Below, in pieces: positions 29,107 to 38,337 of a DNA stretch of 44,299 bases (position 1 is its first letter; every line of letters begins with the position of its first letter). This stretch comes from a virus. Taxonomy: Duplodnaviria; Caudoviricetes. Made by a program: the position numbers and the translations under genes. The notes beneath the pieces were generated by a model. That model saw only the letters and a list, made by a program, of their open reading frames with translations, was not told where the DNA came from and made no database searches. The DNA is taken from the IMG/VR virus record IMGVR_UViG_3300027772_001168, positions 1-44,299 of that record. One strand, 5' to 3'.

Positions 29107-29847
29107 ATGATAACAGCCTTAGAATTTTATAAAAACAACAAAAATTGTACTTGGACTGTAGAGCCTATTCCTGTTCGATTGATTTCAACAATTGAAAAAG
29201 CTAGGTGGATTTTAAATGAAGCTAATTTTGGTTGGATTGAATTAGACTTAATGATTAATGTTGTAAATTGGCAACTAGAGTCTCAACAAGCAGATCCGTA
29301 TTTTGTAGCACATCGTGAAGATAATAATGTAGGGTGGAACAGTTGTTGTATACACGGTATCGATACTGACAAAACTGGTGCATGGACAAACTACGGTTAC
29401 ACAGACGAAACCAACGTACCATATGCGTGGACAGAATTATCCTACAAAACACCTATTATTAAAAACTTTTGGCAAAATGTTTTTCCTACTGATAATTATA
29501 GACGTATTCGTTTTATGGAACTTACACCCAACTCTGCAATAACTCCGCACAGTGATATGCCAGGAAAATTGCCAGGCGAACAGGGTATGGACATGTTAGA
29601 TTTTGGTGTACCTATTAATATAGCAGTTTTGCATCCCACAGATTGCTACATGGTTTTAGAAAGATACGGAGTTGTGCCTTTTAAAGAAGGCAAGGTTTTC
29701 ATTGTTAATATACGTAACTATCATAGCGTTATTAATTTTAGTAACAAACCGCGTGTGCATGTTATAGGACACAGTTATGGTTACGGCAAACAATTAGATG
29801 CGTTTGCTGAATTAGTTGTTAAAAGCTACGAGAAAATGTATGATTAA
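29107..29847 (+). CDS. AspH-like 2OG-Fe(II) oxygenase
   Basis: RIRFMELTPNSAITPHSD...YHSVINFSNKPRVH. Confidence 0.78.
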   Translation: MITALEFYKNNKNCTWTVEPIPVRLISTIEKARWILNEANFGWIELDLMINVVNWQLESQQADPYFVAHREDNNVGWNSCCIHGIDTDKTGAWTNYGYTDETNVPYAWTELSYKTPIIKNFWQNVFPTDNYRRIRFMELTPNSAITPHSDMPGKLPGEQGMDMLDFGVPINIAVLHPTDCYMVLERYGVVPFKEGKVFIVNIRNYHSVINFSNKPRVHVIGHSYGYGKQLDAFAELVVKSYEKMYD

Positions 29848-31294
29848 TACAATTACAAGAAATTTTATAAGTGACAACTTTGTTTTTACAGATATTCGTT
29901 CTAAAAATTTAGAAACGTATAACAAAGAGAGTTTAATAGAAAAGATAAATCTTTGGAAATATATTCTTAAATATCAATACAATGCTGTCAAACAAGAGTC
30001 TATTCTTATTGGTATGCAAGTAATTGATATAAATTACTTTGCTATTATTATTGCGTCTGCTGAACTTAGTCTTAAGATTGTTGTAGTAGATTATAATAGG
30101 ACTGACAAGTTTAAGAATATAGAATATAACGATCCCAAGACCAAGTTGTTATCTCCTATTGATATTTTCTTACATGATTTTCCAGATAATACTATAGAAA
30201 CTGATCAAGTATATTCTAAGTTTATATTTTTCAAAACACATTCACGTAGAACATATAGTACAGTTAGTTCTCTTTCTTTTGCACTTGTTCCTGAGTTGTA
30301 TGCAACTATTGAGTCTATTATGCCTCAGCCATCTGATGTTTTGTTTAGAGTAACAAGTAGTGGTACTACAGATGTTCCTAAAGTGATTGAACATACACAT
30401 GAGTTTATTTCTGCTGTTTCGCTACGCAATTCTGAACCTTATAGAGGAATTGCAGTTCACGTTAATAATCTTAATCACGGAGCCAGCGCATCTGTTACAT
30501 TGTTACCGTTGTTAGCTAATAAAAACATTTACAAGCATTTGTTCTATGACGGTGCAAATCCTGAATCGATAGACGGTTTAGTTGAGGCACTAATACCATA
30601 CAAAAATGAAATTGGGTTTCTATCTTTCCCTTATCCGTTTTTAATTGATAAGTTTATTGAAATAAGTAGAGAAAAAAATGTTAGTTGGCCGTATCTTGAT
30701 TTAATTACACTGTCGTATATTCTAGATAATGCCAAGCAGGCTGTGAGGGATGGCATTTTTAATACTATAACAAGTGTGTTTGGATCTAATGAGACTCTTG
30801 GACCATTATTTGTTAACATATCACACAGGCAAAATTGGGATATTGATCCCAGGTACTACTCAATTCCTAACGATTTTTATAAGATAAGATTATTAGACGA
30901 TGGTAAGATTACTGTGAATGTTCCTATATACAACAAAGAAGTAGAAACAAATGATTACTTTGATAAAGAAGGTGACTATTTCATACATCGCGGTCGATCT
31001 GACATGTTTAGAATTAACGGTGAAACAATTAACATGAGTACTGTTAACGATTTAAACAAGCAAAACAGCAGTGTGTACATCGTAGTTGATACTGTGTACC
31101 ATTGTTTGTATCTTGCATGTTGGGAAAATTTAGAACTTGATGAAATTTATAAAATTAAAGATTCTATTGAAAGTAATTTTGAAAGAATTAAAATTACCAA
31201 AATAGCACAGTTAGACAAATCAAATTTTTACTATGCTATTAAAATAGACAACGAATTGCTTAGAGAATATTTTAGGACATATAATGTTTCGTAA
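29840..31294 (+). CDS. Adenylate-forming (AMP-binding/ANL) enzyme-like protein
   Basis: TSSGTTDVPK P-loop, FGSNETLG, TND, HRGRSDMFRING; start reassigned to 29840. Confidence 0.75.
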   Translation: MINTITRNFISDNFVFTDIRSKNLETYNKESLIEKINLWKYILKYQYNAVKQESILIGMQVIDINYFAIIIASAELSLKIVVVDYNRTDKFKNIEYNDPKTKLLSPIDIFLHDFPDNTIETDQVYSKFIFFKTHSRRTYSTVSSLSFALVPELYATIESIMPQPSDVLFRVTSSGTTDVPKVIEHTHEFISAVSLRNSEPYRGIAVHVNNLNHGASASVTLLPLLANKNIYKHLFYDGANPESIDGLVEALIPYKNEIGFLSFPYPFLIDKFIEISREKNVSWPYLDLITLSYILDNAKQAVRDGIFNTITSVFGSNETLGPLFVNISHRQNWDIDPRYYSIPNDFYKIRLLDDGKITVNVPIYNKEVETNDYFDKEGDYFIHRGRSDMFRINGETINMSTVNDLNKQNSSVYIVVDTVYHCLYLACWENLELDEIYKIKDSIESNFERIKITKIAQLDKSNFYYAIKIDNELLREYFRTYNVS

Positions 31295-31526
31295 ACACTT
31301 GGACACTAGCAAAACCACTTATTTAGAACATCTTACTTGGTCTGTTATAGCTGGATTCAGGTTGATTTATGCTGGCATATCAAGTATAATACACGGTGTA
31401 GTACCTACATTATTTGACGGTACTGCTCCCAAACAAATTATTGACATTTACCATAATCATCTTGAGGATCATCCTAACGAGCGTTATCAAGAAATGATAT
31501 CAAAAGCAAAAAAGGAAACACACTAG
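31284..31526 (+). CDS. Small DUF6356-like protein
   Basis: HL...TYLEHL...IIHGVVPTLF pattern. Confidence 0.6.
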   Translation: MFRKHLDTSKTTYLEHLTWSVIAGFRLIYAGISSIIHGVVPTLFDGTAPKQIIDIYHNHLEDHPNERYQEMISKAKKETH

Positions 31527-32263
31527 TGACGCTGGGGATTATAGGGTACGGTATAGTAGGCAAAGCTACTCATCATAGTTTATTGAAAAATAAACAAGTA
31601 GTTATTCACGACACCCAACTTGATACTAAATTAGAAGATTTGTATGTTTGCGATTATGTATTTTTTTGCATACCTACAGACACACATGCTAGCATACAAC
31701 TTCTACTGGAAGAAATACGATTATTAAAATCACATAATCCCAATGTTAAGATTGTTATCCGTAGCACAGTACCAATCGGTACTTGTTCAATGATTGAATC
31801 GTCTACCAATTCTAAAATTTATTATTTGCCAGAATTTTTAAGAGAACGATTTTGGGAAGAAGATTGTTTGCAACGGCCTATTATTGTAGGCAGTGACAAT
31901 CAAAAAGTTCCAGAGTGGTTAACAGCGGATGATTGTGTATTTTGTTCGTTACAGGAAGCAGAGTTGTTAAAAATGTTTTCTAACGGGCTTGGCACCATGC
32001 GAGTTGCATTTGGTAATCACTTTTATGATTTAGCTCAAGTGGTTGGCGCTGACTACGATAAAGTTAAAAATATGTATTTTAAAGTAGCTCATTCACAAAC
32101 ATATTTAGATGTTCCAGGACCAGACGGTGGCAGAGGGTTTGGCGGCAAATGCTTGCCAAAAGATTTAGATTTTTTAATTGACTCTTGCAAACATTTAAAA
32201 GTTAAACAGAACTTATTTACTGCTGTGAGAGAAGATAACAAAAAATGGCCAAAAAAATCTTAA
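31526..32263 (+). CDS. UDP-glucose/GDP-mannose dehydrogenase family (lacks C-terminal domain)
   Basis: GIIGYGIVG, CIPT, RSTVPIG, PEFLRE, AELLK, GFGGKCLPKD. Confidence 0.85.
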   Translation: MTLGIIGYGIVGKATHHSLLKNKQVVIHDTQLDTKLEDLYVCDYVFFCIPTDTHASIQLLLEEIRLLKSHNPNVKIVIRSTVPIGTCSMIESSTNSKIYYLPEFLRERFWEEDCLQRPIIVGSDNQKVPEWLTADDCVFCSLQEAELLKMFSNGLGTMRVAFGNHFYDLAQVVGADYDKVKNMYFKVAHSQTYLDVPGPDGGRGFGGKCLPKDLDFLIDSCKHLKVKQNLFTAVREDNKKWPKKS

Positions 32264-33126
32264 TTACAGGAGCCGCTGGATTACTTGGTAGAGAATTTTG
32301 TAACCAGCTGTGCAAAGATAACGAGGTGATAGCCGTTGACAATAACCAGCGTTTTCCTAACTTTACACCGCACGGCGTTACTTATATTAAGTCTGATCTA
32401 TCTGAATATTTAAAACAAACAAGTGACACATTTGATATAATCTATCACATGGCAGCAACTAACGGTACAAAATATTTTTATAGTCAGCCTAACAATGTGC
32501 TACGTAATAATATAACTTTGGATTTAGATTTATTTAAATTTGTAGAATCAAATCCTAGTTGTAAATTAATATATGCTAGTAGTAGTGAAGTGGTAGCAGG
32601 CACCACAATATTCCCTACTCCAGAAATTACTGACATCGATATCAGTAATATACACAACCCTCGCTGGAGTTATATGTTGCCCAAGGTACTTGCAGAAAAT
32701 TATCTATTCAATAGCAACATTGATTTTTTAATTATTAGATTTTTTAATGTGTTTAGTGAACATTCGGGTTCTGGGCATTTTGTAAAAGACATTGCTGATA
32801 AGATACGAAGCAAGAATTTTGAAATTATAGGTGCAGATGAAACACGTTCTTTTTGTTATGTAAGTGATGCAGTGGATGCTGTTATTAAAATTTCAGAAAC
32901 TAGTAGACAAATAGTAAATGTAGGCAGTGACGAAGAGTTAAAAATTATCAACGCGGCCAATATTATTGCTGATGCGATGGGCGAGAACGATATAGTTTGG
33001 ACTACTAAGCCCGGGCTAGCAGGTAGTGCTAAAAATCGTAGGCCAGATATTACAAAGCTGAAAAGGTTGTTGCCAACCTTTTCTCCTAAATCATTTAAAG
33101 AAGTATTAAGTAATATTAAGGTCTAA
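32245..33126 (+). CDS. NAD-dependent nucleotide-sugar epimerase/dehydratase
   Basis: ITGAAGLLG, HMAA, YASSSEV, YMLPK, RFFNV, RSFCYVSD. Confidence 0.88.
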   Translation: MAKKILITGAAGLLGREFCNQLCKDNEVIAVDNNQRFPNFTPHGVTYIKSDLSEYLKQTSDTFDIIYHMAATNGTKYFYSQPNNVLRNNITLDLDLFKFVESNPSCKLIYASSSEVVAGTTIFPTPEITDIDISNIHNPRWSYMLPKVLAENYLFNSNIDFLIIRFFNVFSEHSGSGHFVKDIADKIRSKNFEIIGADETRSFCYVSDAVDAVIKISETSRQIVNVGSDEELKIINAANIIADAMGENDIVWTTKPGLAGSAKNRRPDITKLKRLLPTFSPKSFKEVLSNIKV

Positions 33127-35041
33127 TGGTGTACATAGGAACGGCATAGTCAACACCGTTTAAAGCTACTCTCATCCAAGTTGCAATAGAACCAGTATTA
33201 ACTTGTCCGCTTGATGAGCCTGCAACCAGCACTGGTGCAACCATAGTCTGCTTGCCATCTGGACCTATACTTAATTTAGTACTGAAACTTCCGTCAGTTC
33301 CGGTTGTTGCTAACAGAACTCTACCAGGTATTATTCCAGTTCCCACAGTACCAGCAACTTCAGCTCCGATAGCGGCTGCTACACCTTGACCAGTTGTTGA
33401 CTTGCCACCAAATGACATTGAAAATATCACATCACCAGATTGCAATGCCGCTGGTACAGCAAAAGTTCCTCTGCTACGGTTAAATAATATTACAGCCGGA
33501 TCGTTGTCGGCATGATATGTGTTGAGTGAAAATATATCGTTTCCATTGCCTGCATTTGATATAACAGTTATTCCAGCTGTAGCTGGTTGCTGATCTAGTG
33601 TTAGCCTATTACCTATCAATGTTGTTCCAGCAATGTTACCGGTAACACCAATTGCGCCTGTGCCAGTAATTTGAAAATTATTTAAAGATAAATTAGCACC
33701 TAAGCCAGTTTGTGCTTTGAGTGTGCCTGAGAAGTCTGCATTTCCGGTAATAAGTACGTTACCTGTACCGTTAATGTTAAAACTGTTTAACGATAAATTA
33801 CCGCCTAACCCTGTAACTGCTTTAACAGTTCCTGAAAAAACTGCATTTCCACTACGATCAATATTGCCAGTGCCAGTAATGTTTCCAGTATTTACAATGT
33901 TACCAGTGTTAGTAACATCACCGGTAAAGTTAATACTTCCAGATCCGGTGATACCAAAAGCATTCAAAGGTAAATTAGCACCTAAACCAACAGTTGCTTG
34001 AATAGTTCCTGTAAATTGTGCATTACCAGTATTGACAATATTACCTGTAATACCAATGCTACCAGTTCCAGTAATACTTCGAGTCGCTAGGCTTAAATTG
34101 CCTCCTAAACTAGGACTAGTGTCTGCACTGACTGAACCGAGTCCACCGGTAATTGAAACATAAGTACCAGATCCGTTATCTCTCTTGATATCTTTACCTG
34201 CTGGTATTTTAATATCGCCAGGTGTTGTAAAATTTCCGCTACTATCTAATACTGCGCTATAAGCACTAAAGGTTAATCTATCGAGAACAATATCTGCCCA
34301 CGCTGGCAAACTGTTGTTATCAACTTTTAAATATTTTCCTTGTTGCCCAGCTTCGCTTGGTAACAACATATTTCCAGAAATTGGATTGGTCCAAGTTAAA
34401 CCACCTATACCGTCTGTAGTTAGATATTTTCCGCTGTTGCCAGATTGACTTGGCAATATGTTTCCAGTGTTAACTGTTGCACTTATTGCATTTGTTCCTG
34501 AGTTATAGGCAAATGTTATACCATTGTTTGAACCTCTTCCAAAAGCATCATAAACTGCTTGCCCAGCTCTGGAGTTTGTAAAATATATGTTTGGAGATCT
34601 AAAAATAATTGATGTGTTGTTTACAACAGTAACATCCGGTGGAGCACTGATAGTCAATGTTTGGCTATCAACAACTACTGTAACTGTTTGACTGCTGGTG
34701 AAAGAGCTTGCAACAATAAGCATGCCAGGTTGTATACGTTCGGTGCTTACTACTTTAAAAGTTGTTCCACTGCTTCCAGTTGAAAGATAATTTGTTGTGA
34801 CACTTTCGGGAACTAACGAAGTTGTAAGATTAAGTGCAGGCACTGTAAATTCAAGTGCTTGAGTGGTTGAATTAAAAACAAATCCAGTTCCCGCACTCGA
34901 TTGAATTATATTCTTTCCACCTAAAGTTACTCCATCACCCACGTATAGTTTTTCAGTATCCGTGGTCCATGCAAGCTCGCCTTGATCGAATGTTTTTGTT
35001 AATCTTTCACTATTTGTTCCGCGTCTAATTCTTAACGACAT
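33116..35041 (-). CDS. Tail-fibre/virion adhesin-like protein
   Basis: N-terminal LRIRRGT...GELAWTTDTEKLYVGDG (Mtd-N-like); Gly/Asn/Thr-rich beta repeats; GKYL repeats. Confidence 0.75.
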   Translation of the reverse strand: MSLRIRRGTNSERLTKTFDQGELAWTTDTEKLYVGDGVTLGGKNIIQSSAGTGFVFNSTTQALEFTVPALNLTTSLVPESVTTNYLSTGSSGTTFKVVSTERIQPGMLIVASSFTSSQTVTVVVDSQTLTISAPPDVTVVNNTSIIFRSPNIYFTNSRAGQAVYDAFGRGSNNGITFAYNSGTNAISATVNTGNILPSQSGNSGKYLTTDGIGGLTWTNPISGNMLLPSEAGQQGKYLKVDNNSLPAWADIVLDRLTFSAYSAVLDSSGNFTTPGDIKIPAGKDIKRDNGSGTYVSITGGLGSVSADTSPSLGGNLSLATRSITGTGSIGITGNIVNTGNAQFTGTIQATVGLGANLPLNAFGITGSGSINFTGDVTNTGNIVNTGNITGTGNIDRSGNAVFSGTVKAVTGLGGNLSLNSFNINGTGNVLITGNADFSGTLKAQTGLGANLSLNNFQITGTGAIGVTGNIAGTTLIGNRLTLDQQPATAGITVISNAGNGNDIFSLNTYHADNDPAVILFNRSRGTFAVPAALQSGDVIFSMSFGGKSTTGQGVAAAIGAEVAGTVGTGIIPGRVLLATTGTDGSFSTKLSIGPDGKQTMVAPVLVAGSSSGQVNTGSIATWMRVALNGVDYAVPMYTIRP

Positions 35042-35066
35042 GGGCTATCTCCAGTATTCTATAGTG

Positions 35067-35072
35067 TATTTA
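35067..35072 (-). promoter_or_regulatory. TAAATA candidate late promoter for the tail-fibre gene
   Basis: tattta at 35067-35072, 25 nt upstream of the ATG, GGAGA RBS between. Confidence 0.45.
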
Positions 35073-35096
35073 TTCGAATGCACAGAAGCTAGAGCC

Positions 35097-35123
35097 AAAA
35101 AAATAGGGCCCTAAGGCCCTATT
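35097..35123 (-). terminator. Rho-independent terminator
   Basis: AATAGGGCC-ttag-GGCCCTATT hairpin running into a T-tract on -, 15 nt after the phosphoesterase stop. Confidence 0.85.
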
Positions 35124-35138
35124 AAAGTACTACTATTA

Positions 35139-35744
35139 TTACATAGTAGGACCGTTTCCACTCTTAAATCCTATGCTTCCGCCTTCTGCTTCAATGTTCT
35201 TTATGACATCTTCAAACAGAATTGGAGCAAAGTCTGGAGTTTGTTCCACGCATACACAATGGTAGCGCACATCGTTCTTATCGCTGTACAGAACTTCTCC
35301 AGTTTTAGCATCAACGCCACGGGCTTTCTTTACGCGGTTTGCGTGAGTATGTCCGTGAATGTTGGTGCCAAACCGACCCATTGAATCCGAATGTAATGGA
35401 ATATGGCTTAAGATCATTCCGTTCATAACGTGATAAGCTCTAATAGATCTAAAGTACTTGCTGTAGTCCTCATCCTTGTAGATGTCGTGGTTTCCACGAA
35501 TTAAAACTTTGTCGCCGTTAAGTCTTTCCATGATTTTTAACGCTTTACGAGCAATCACAACGTCACCTAAATGGTAAACTTTGTCAGTGGGTTTTACCCG
35601 CTCGTTCCACGCTTTAACCATAGCTTCGTCCATTTCCTCAGCTGAGTCCCATGGGCGAAGTTTTGTAACACCATCGTTACGAGTGAAGCGACATACACCG
35701 GTGTGTCCAAAGTGCGTGTCGCTTACTAAGAATACACTTGGCAT
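35139..35744 (-). CDS. Calcineurin-like metallophosphoesterase
   Basis: SDTHFGH, HLGD, GNHD, SH, HGHTH. Confidence 0.9.
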   Translation of the reverse strand: MPSVFLVSDTHFGHTGVCRFTRNDGVTKLRPWDSAEEMDEAMVKAWNERVKPTDKVYHLGDVVIARKALKIMERLNGDKVLIRGNHDIYKDEDYSKYFRSIRAYHVMNGMILSHIPLHSDSMGRFGTNIHGHTHANRVKKARGVDAKTGEVLYSDKNDVRYHCVCVEQTPDFAPILFEDVIKNIEAEGGSIGFKSGNGPTM

Positions 35745-35759
35745 ATTATGCTCCTTTCC

Positions 35760-35933
35760 TTAATAAGTTTCTTTTACAATATCAAATTTTTCAGCTGGCC
35801 ATTTGGCTTTGAACTCGTCCGTCTTGACATATTCATTGTATGCTTTGGCATCAAAGAACATCTTGTGAAACACTGTTTTAAATTCACCTTTTGGATTTAT
35901 TGTTAGATAAATCGATTTTGCTTTGCCAGCCAT
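35760..35933 (-). CDS. Small hypothetical protein (57 aa, MAGKAKSIYL...KETY), not in the ORF track
   Basis: AAAGGT RBS, own sigma70 promoter, fills the gap. Confidence 0.7.
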   Translation of the reverse strand: MAGKAKSIYLTINPKGEFKTVFHKMFFDAKAYNEYVKTDEFKAKWPAEKFDIVKETY

Positions 35934-35960
35934 TTGATACCTTTCACTGTTTAATGTAAT

Positions 35961-35989
35961 ATTATAACATCACTTTGATACAATGTCAA
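35961..35989 (-). promoter_or_regulatory. Consensus sigma70 promoter TTGACA-N17-TATAAT
   Basis: tgtcaa at 35984-35989, attata at 35961-35966. Confidence 0.85.
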
Positions 35990-36447
35990 ACTCTCCAAAT
36001 CTCTTTAAAACCTTCTTCTTCAGTAGGATATTCAAAGTTATCGATCATTCCTTGAACAACTTCCCAGGGAATAGGTTGTTCTATACGTAATGCTAAACGT
36101 TCCTTTAATACTGATATCTCAGGTGTTGGAAACACCACAGCAATATGCCAGTAATCTGGAAGCATACGAAACTTACGAGCACGACTTTTAACAGTGGTGC
36201 TAGTCTGATCCCAAAGTACATCTCGGCCATCTTCTCTAGCGGCAACGACTTCTTGAGCCATTAGTTCAATTGCTGTGGGCATGTATTCTTCAAACACTTC
36301 CTTATATGTCTTGCCCTGTTCTTTAGCATAGGCATGAACATGATGGTCAGTGCTAACATACTCCATGCCTTCGATCCAGTTTTGACTGTTAAGCCAGGTG
36401 CTCTTACCTGCGCCAGGAACTCCGATCAATTGATAACATTTTGGCAT
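35986..36447 (-). CDS. P-loop kinase (AAA_33/polynucleotide kinase-like)
   Basis: GVPGAGKST, STD, DQTS...R, LxxRxxR lid, PTEEEGF. Confidence 0.85.
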   Translation of the reverse strand: MPKCYQLIGVPGAGKSTWLNSQNWIEGMEYVSTDHHVHAYAKEQGKTYKEVFEEYMPTAIELMAQEVVAAREDGRDVLWDQTSTTVKSRARKFRMLPDYWHIAVVFPTPEISVLKERLALRIEQPIPWEVVQGMIDNFEYPTEEEGFKEIWRV

Positions 36448-36614
36448 CAATGCACCGCTTCTTTCGCATCAACTTCGCACTCGACCACCCAGTGACTAAA
36501 TTCAGTAAACTTGTTTACTTCAACACCCAGACCAACTGCTTCGTTAACAAAATGTTGTAGCAACGAATTATACAATTCATCGGGCATTGTATCTTTATCA
36601 AATTTAATTTTCAT
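36447..36614 (-). CDS. Small hypothetical protein (55 aa, MKIKFDKD...EAVH), not in the ORF track
   Basis: TAATG and TGATG coupling with both neighbours. Confidence 0.7.
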   Translation of the reverse strand: MKIKFDKDTMPDELYNSLLQHFVNEAVGLGVEVNKFTEFSHWVVECEVDAKEAVH

Positions 36615-36805
36615 TACCAATTCTCCACGCCACTAATTTCAGTTTTAAATTCACCATCCAGTCCATTAATTGTAGTATGCACTATTAGGTTTGTAACACT
36701 GCCAATAGCGCCAATGTTGTCCTGTATCAACTCAAAACTAGTAGCCTCTGGAAACTTGTCCATGGCCTCTAGAATTTTTACAACTTCATCTCTACACAAA
36801 TACAT
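36614..36805 (-). CDS. Small hypothetical protein
   Basis: Start MYLCRDE with GGAG RBS. Confidence 0.65.
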   Translation of the reverse strand: MYLCRDEVVKILEAMDKFPEATSFELIQDNIGAIGSVTNLIVHTTINGLDGEFKTEISGVENW

Positions 36806-36806
36806 G

Positions 36807-37277
36807 TTAATCTCCAATAGGTCTCATAGTTCGCCAGTCATCAATGTTTGGCTTCTCATCACTATCGTATGTCCAACCCAAATGTTTCATCATGCGATGC
36901 TTGACTAGCAAGTTGGGACTACGAAAACGCTCAGTGTCATCAAAGCCCATCATGACTCCAACTTCACAAACCGCACCCGACCTACAAATGCCAGCGTAGC
37001 AATGAACAACCACATTCATGCGGTTTGCCAATGCGTGTTGTAGCAAGCGAACAAGCTCTGCGGCCTGCTCGTGACTGCAACGCATAGCTTCGTCTAGAGC
37101 AAAGTCTTTTTCTTCGATATCCAAGAACTCAAAGTTGTGACGCTCTTTGAATTGGTGCTTGGCTTCAGGTCTCCAGCTGGCTGGATCCACAATACTAATC
37201 AGCATACTATTTTCTCCAGCCGCATGATGGAACCCTGTTGGGATATCAGCGGCCGCTACATTTTCAATCCACGGCAT
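36807..37277 (-). CDS. CX5R (tyrosine/dual-specificity) phosphatase-like protein
   Basis: VVHCYAGICRS; F-DI acid loop; PN-LV. Confidence 0.85.
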   Translation of the reverse strand: MPWIENVAAADIPTGFHHAAGENSMLISIVDPASWRPEAKHQFKERHNFEFLDIEEKDFALDEAMRCSHEQAAELVRLLQHALANRMNVVVHCYAGICRSGAVCEVGVMMGFDDTERFRSPNLLVKHRMMKHLGWTYDSDEKPNIDDWRTMRPIGD

Positions 37278-37278
37278 T

Positions 37279-38337
37279 TTAATCTCCATTCTTTAAAAGA
37301 AATGTGTTGTTGATAGCTTTGAAACTTACTTGTTCTTCGTTGCACTTGTAAACAAGTCCTTCTCGGATAGGTTTCGCCCCATCACCCACTACACTATTAC
37401 CTTCGGCAAAGTCTAGCAGTTCTTTCACATTCTGTGTTACTACTTTTGCATGTTCAAAAATTGGAACATGATTAATATTGTGTTCTGTGACAAATGCAAG
37501 TCGTTCAGCAGGAGTAAAGTACCGGCCTGCTTCGATGTCGTAAATGTCGTAAACATGAAATGATTGATCACGCAGTTTATACTTGTTGCCTTGTATACCG
37601 TTACCAATTAATTCACCTTGTATAGCAATGTCACGTCCAACTTTTTCCAAAATTTCAGGCAATGACTGAGCTGATGCGGCACGCCACAAGCTGTTTTCTA
37701 GATTGTATTTCAAATCCAAGTTACGTGAACAAACTCCAATGTCGCCATGTAGTCTGTAAACAGTCATAGATGACCCATCTAGCTTTTCAGTTATTTCCCA
37801 AGTTAAGCCCTTGTCTTTCCATTCGGCCAATTCTACAGTTAAGTTTTGAATACGTTCTTGATCCGTTTTAGGAATACGTGACGGAAACAATCCCTTAACT
37901 TCTCCTGCCAAGTGTGCAGGCACTGGCGGTTCGTATTTGACAATACCAACAACTTCAGACACATCGTGTCCGTCGTGCGCAATAGACAAGTCGGCTAACA
38001 CAACTGCCTTACCAGTGGGAATGTCTACAGTGTGTCCAACTGTTGTAATTGGCAATAGCAAACCTTGGCTCAATTGTCCACGCAACCGCACAGTGCGCAA
38101 TCTTTCGCCTTCTACATCATTGTATGTTTTTGCATATTGTCCCGGCTTGGTCAAGTAGGGTGCAATAGTGCTGGGAATGAAAGAATCAATTTCACAGTAA
38201 ACAGCAAAGTCTCCTGCGATGAATTCGTTCTTTTTAACCACTACTGTCCAACCACCCACAACAGCACATTCAATAGCATCAGCGTCCACAATGGGACGAA
38301 TGCTATCGACGATTCTGATAGTTGCCATTTTTCTCAT
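37279..38337 (-). CDS. ATP-dependent RNA ligase, DRB0094 family
   Basis: N-terminal OB-like domain (ADAIECA-VGGW...EIDS...LRGQLSQG); TEKLDGSS, QGEL, YDI, REGLV, FKAIN. Confidence 0.9.
   Translation of the reverse strand: MRKMATIRIVDSIRPIVDADAIECAVVGGWTVVVKKNEFIAGDFAVYCEIDSFIPSTIAPYLTKPGQYAKTYNDVEGERLRTVRLRGQLSQGLLLPITTVGHTVDIPTGKAVVLADLSIAHDGHDVSEVVGIVKYEPPVPAHLAGEVKGLFPSRIPKTDQERIQNLTVELAEWKDKGLTWEITEKLDGSSMTVYRLHGDIGVCSRNLDLKYNLENSLWRAASAQSLPEILEKVGRDIAIQGELIGNGIQGNKYKLRDQSFHVYDIYDIEAGRYFTPAERLAFVTEHNINHVPIFEHAKVVTQNVKELLDFAEGNSVVGDGAKPIREGLVYKCNEEQVSFKAINNTFLLKNGD

Noticed and set aside
3105-33126. RiPP cluster with a precursor peptide
   Set aside because: Intergenic space is nearly nil, and no credible short precursor, RRE, protease or exporter was seen.
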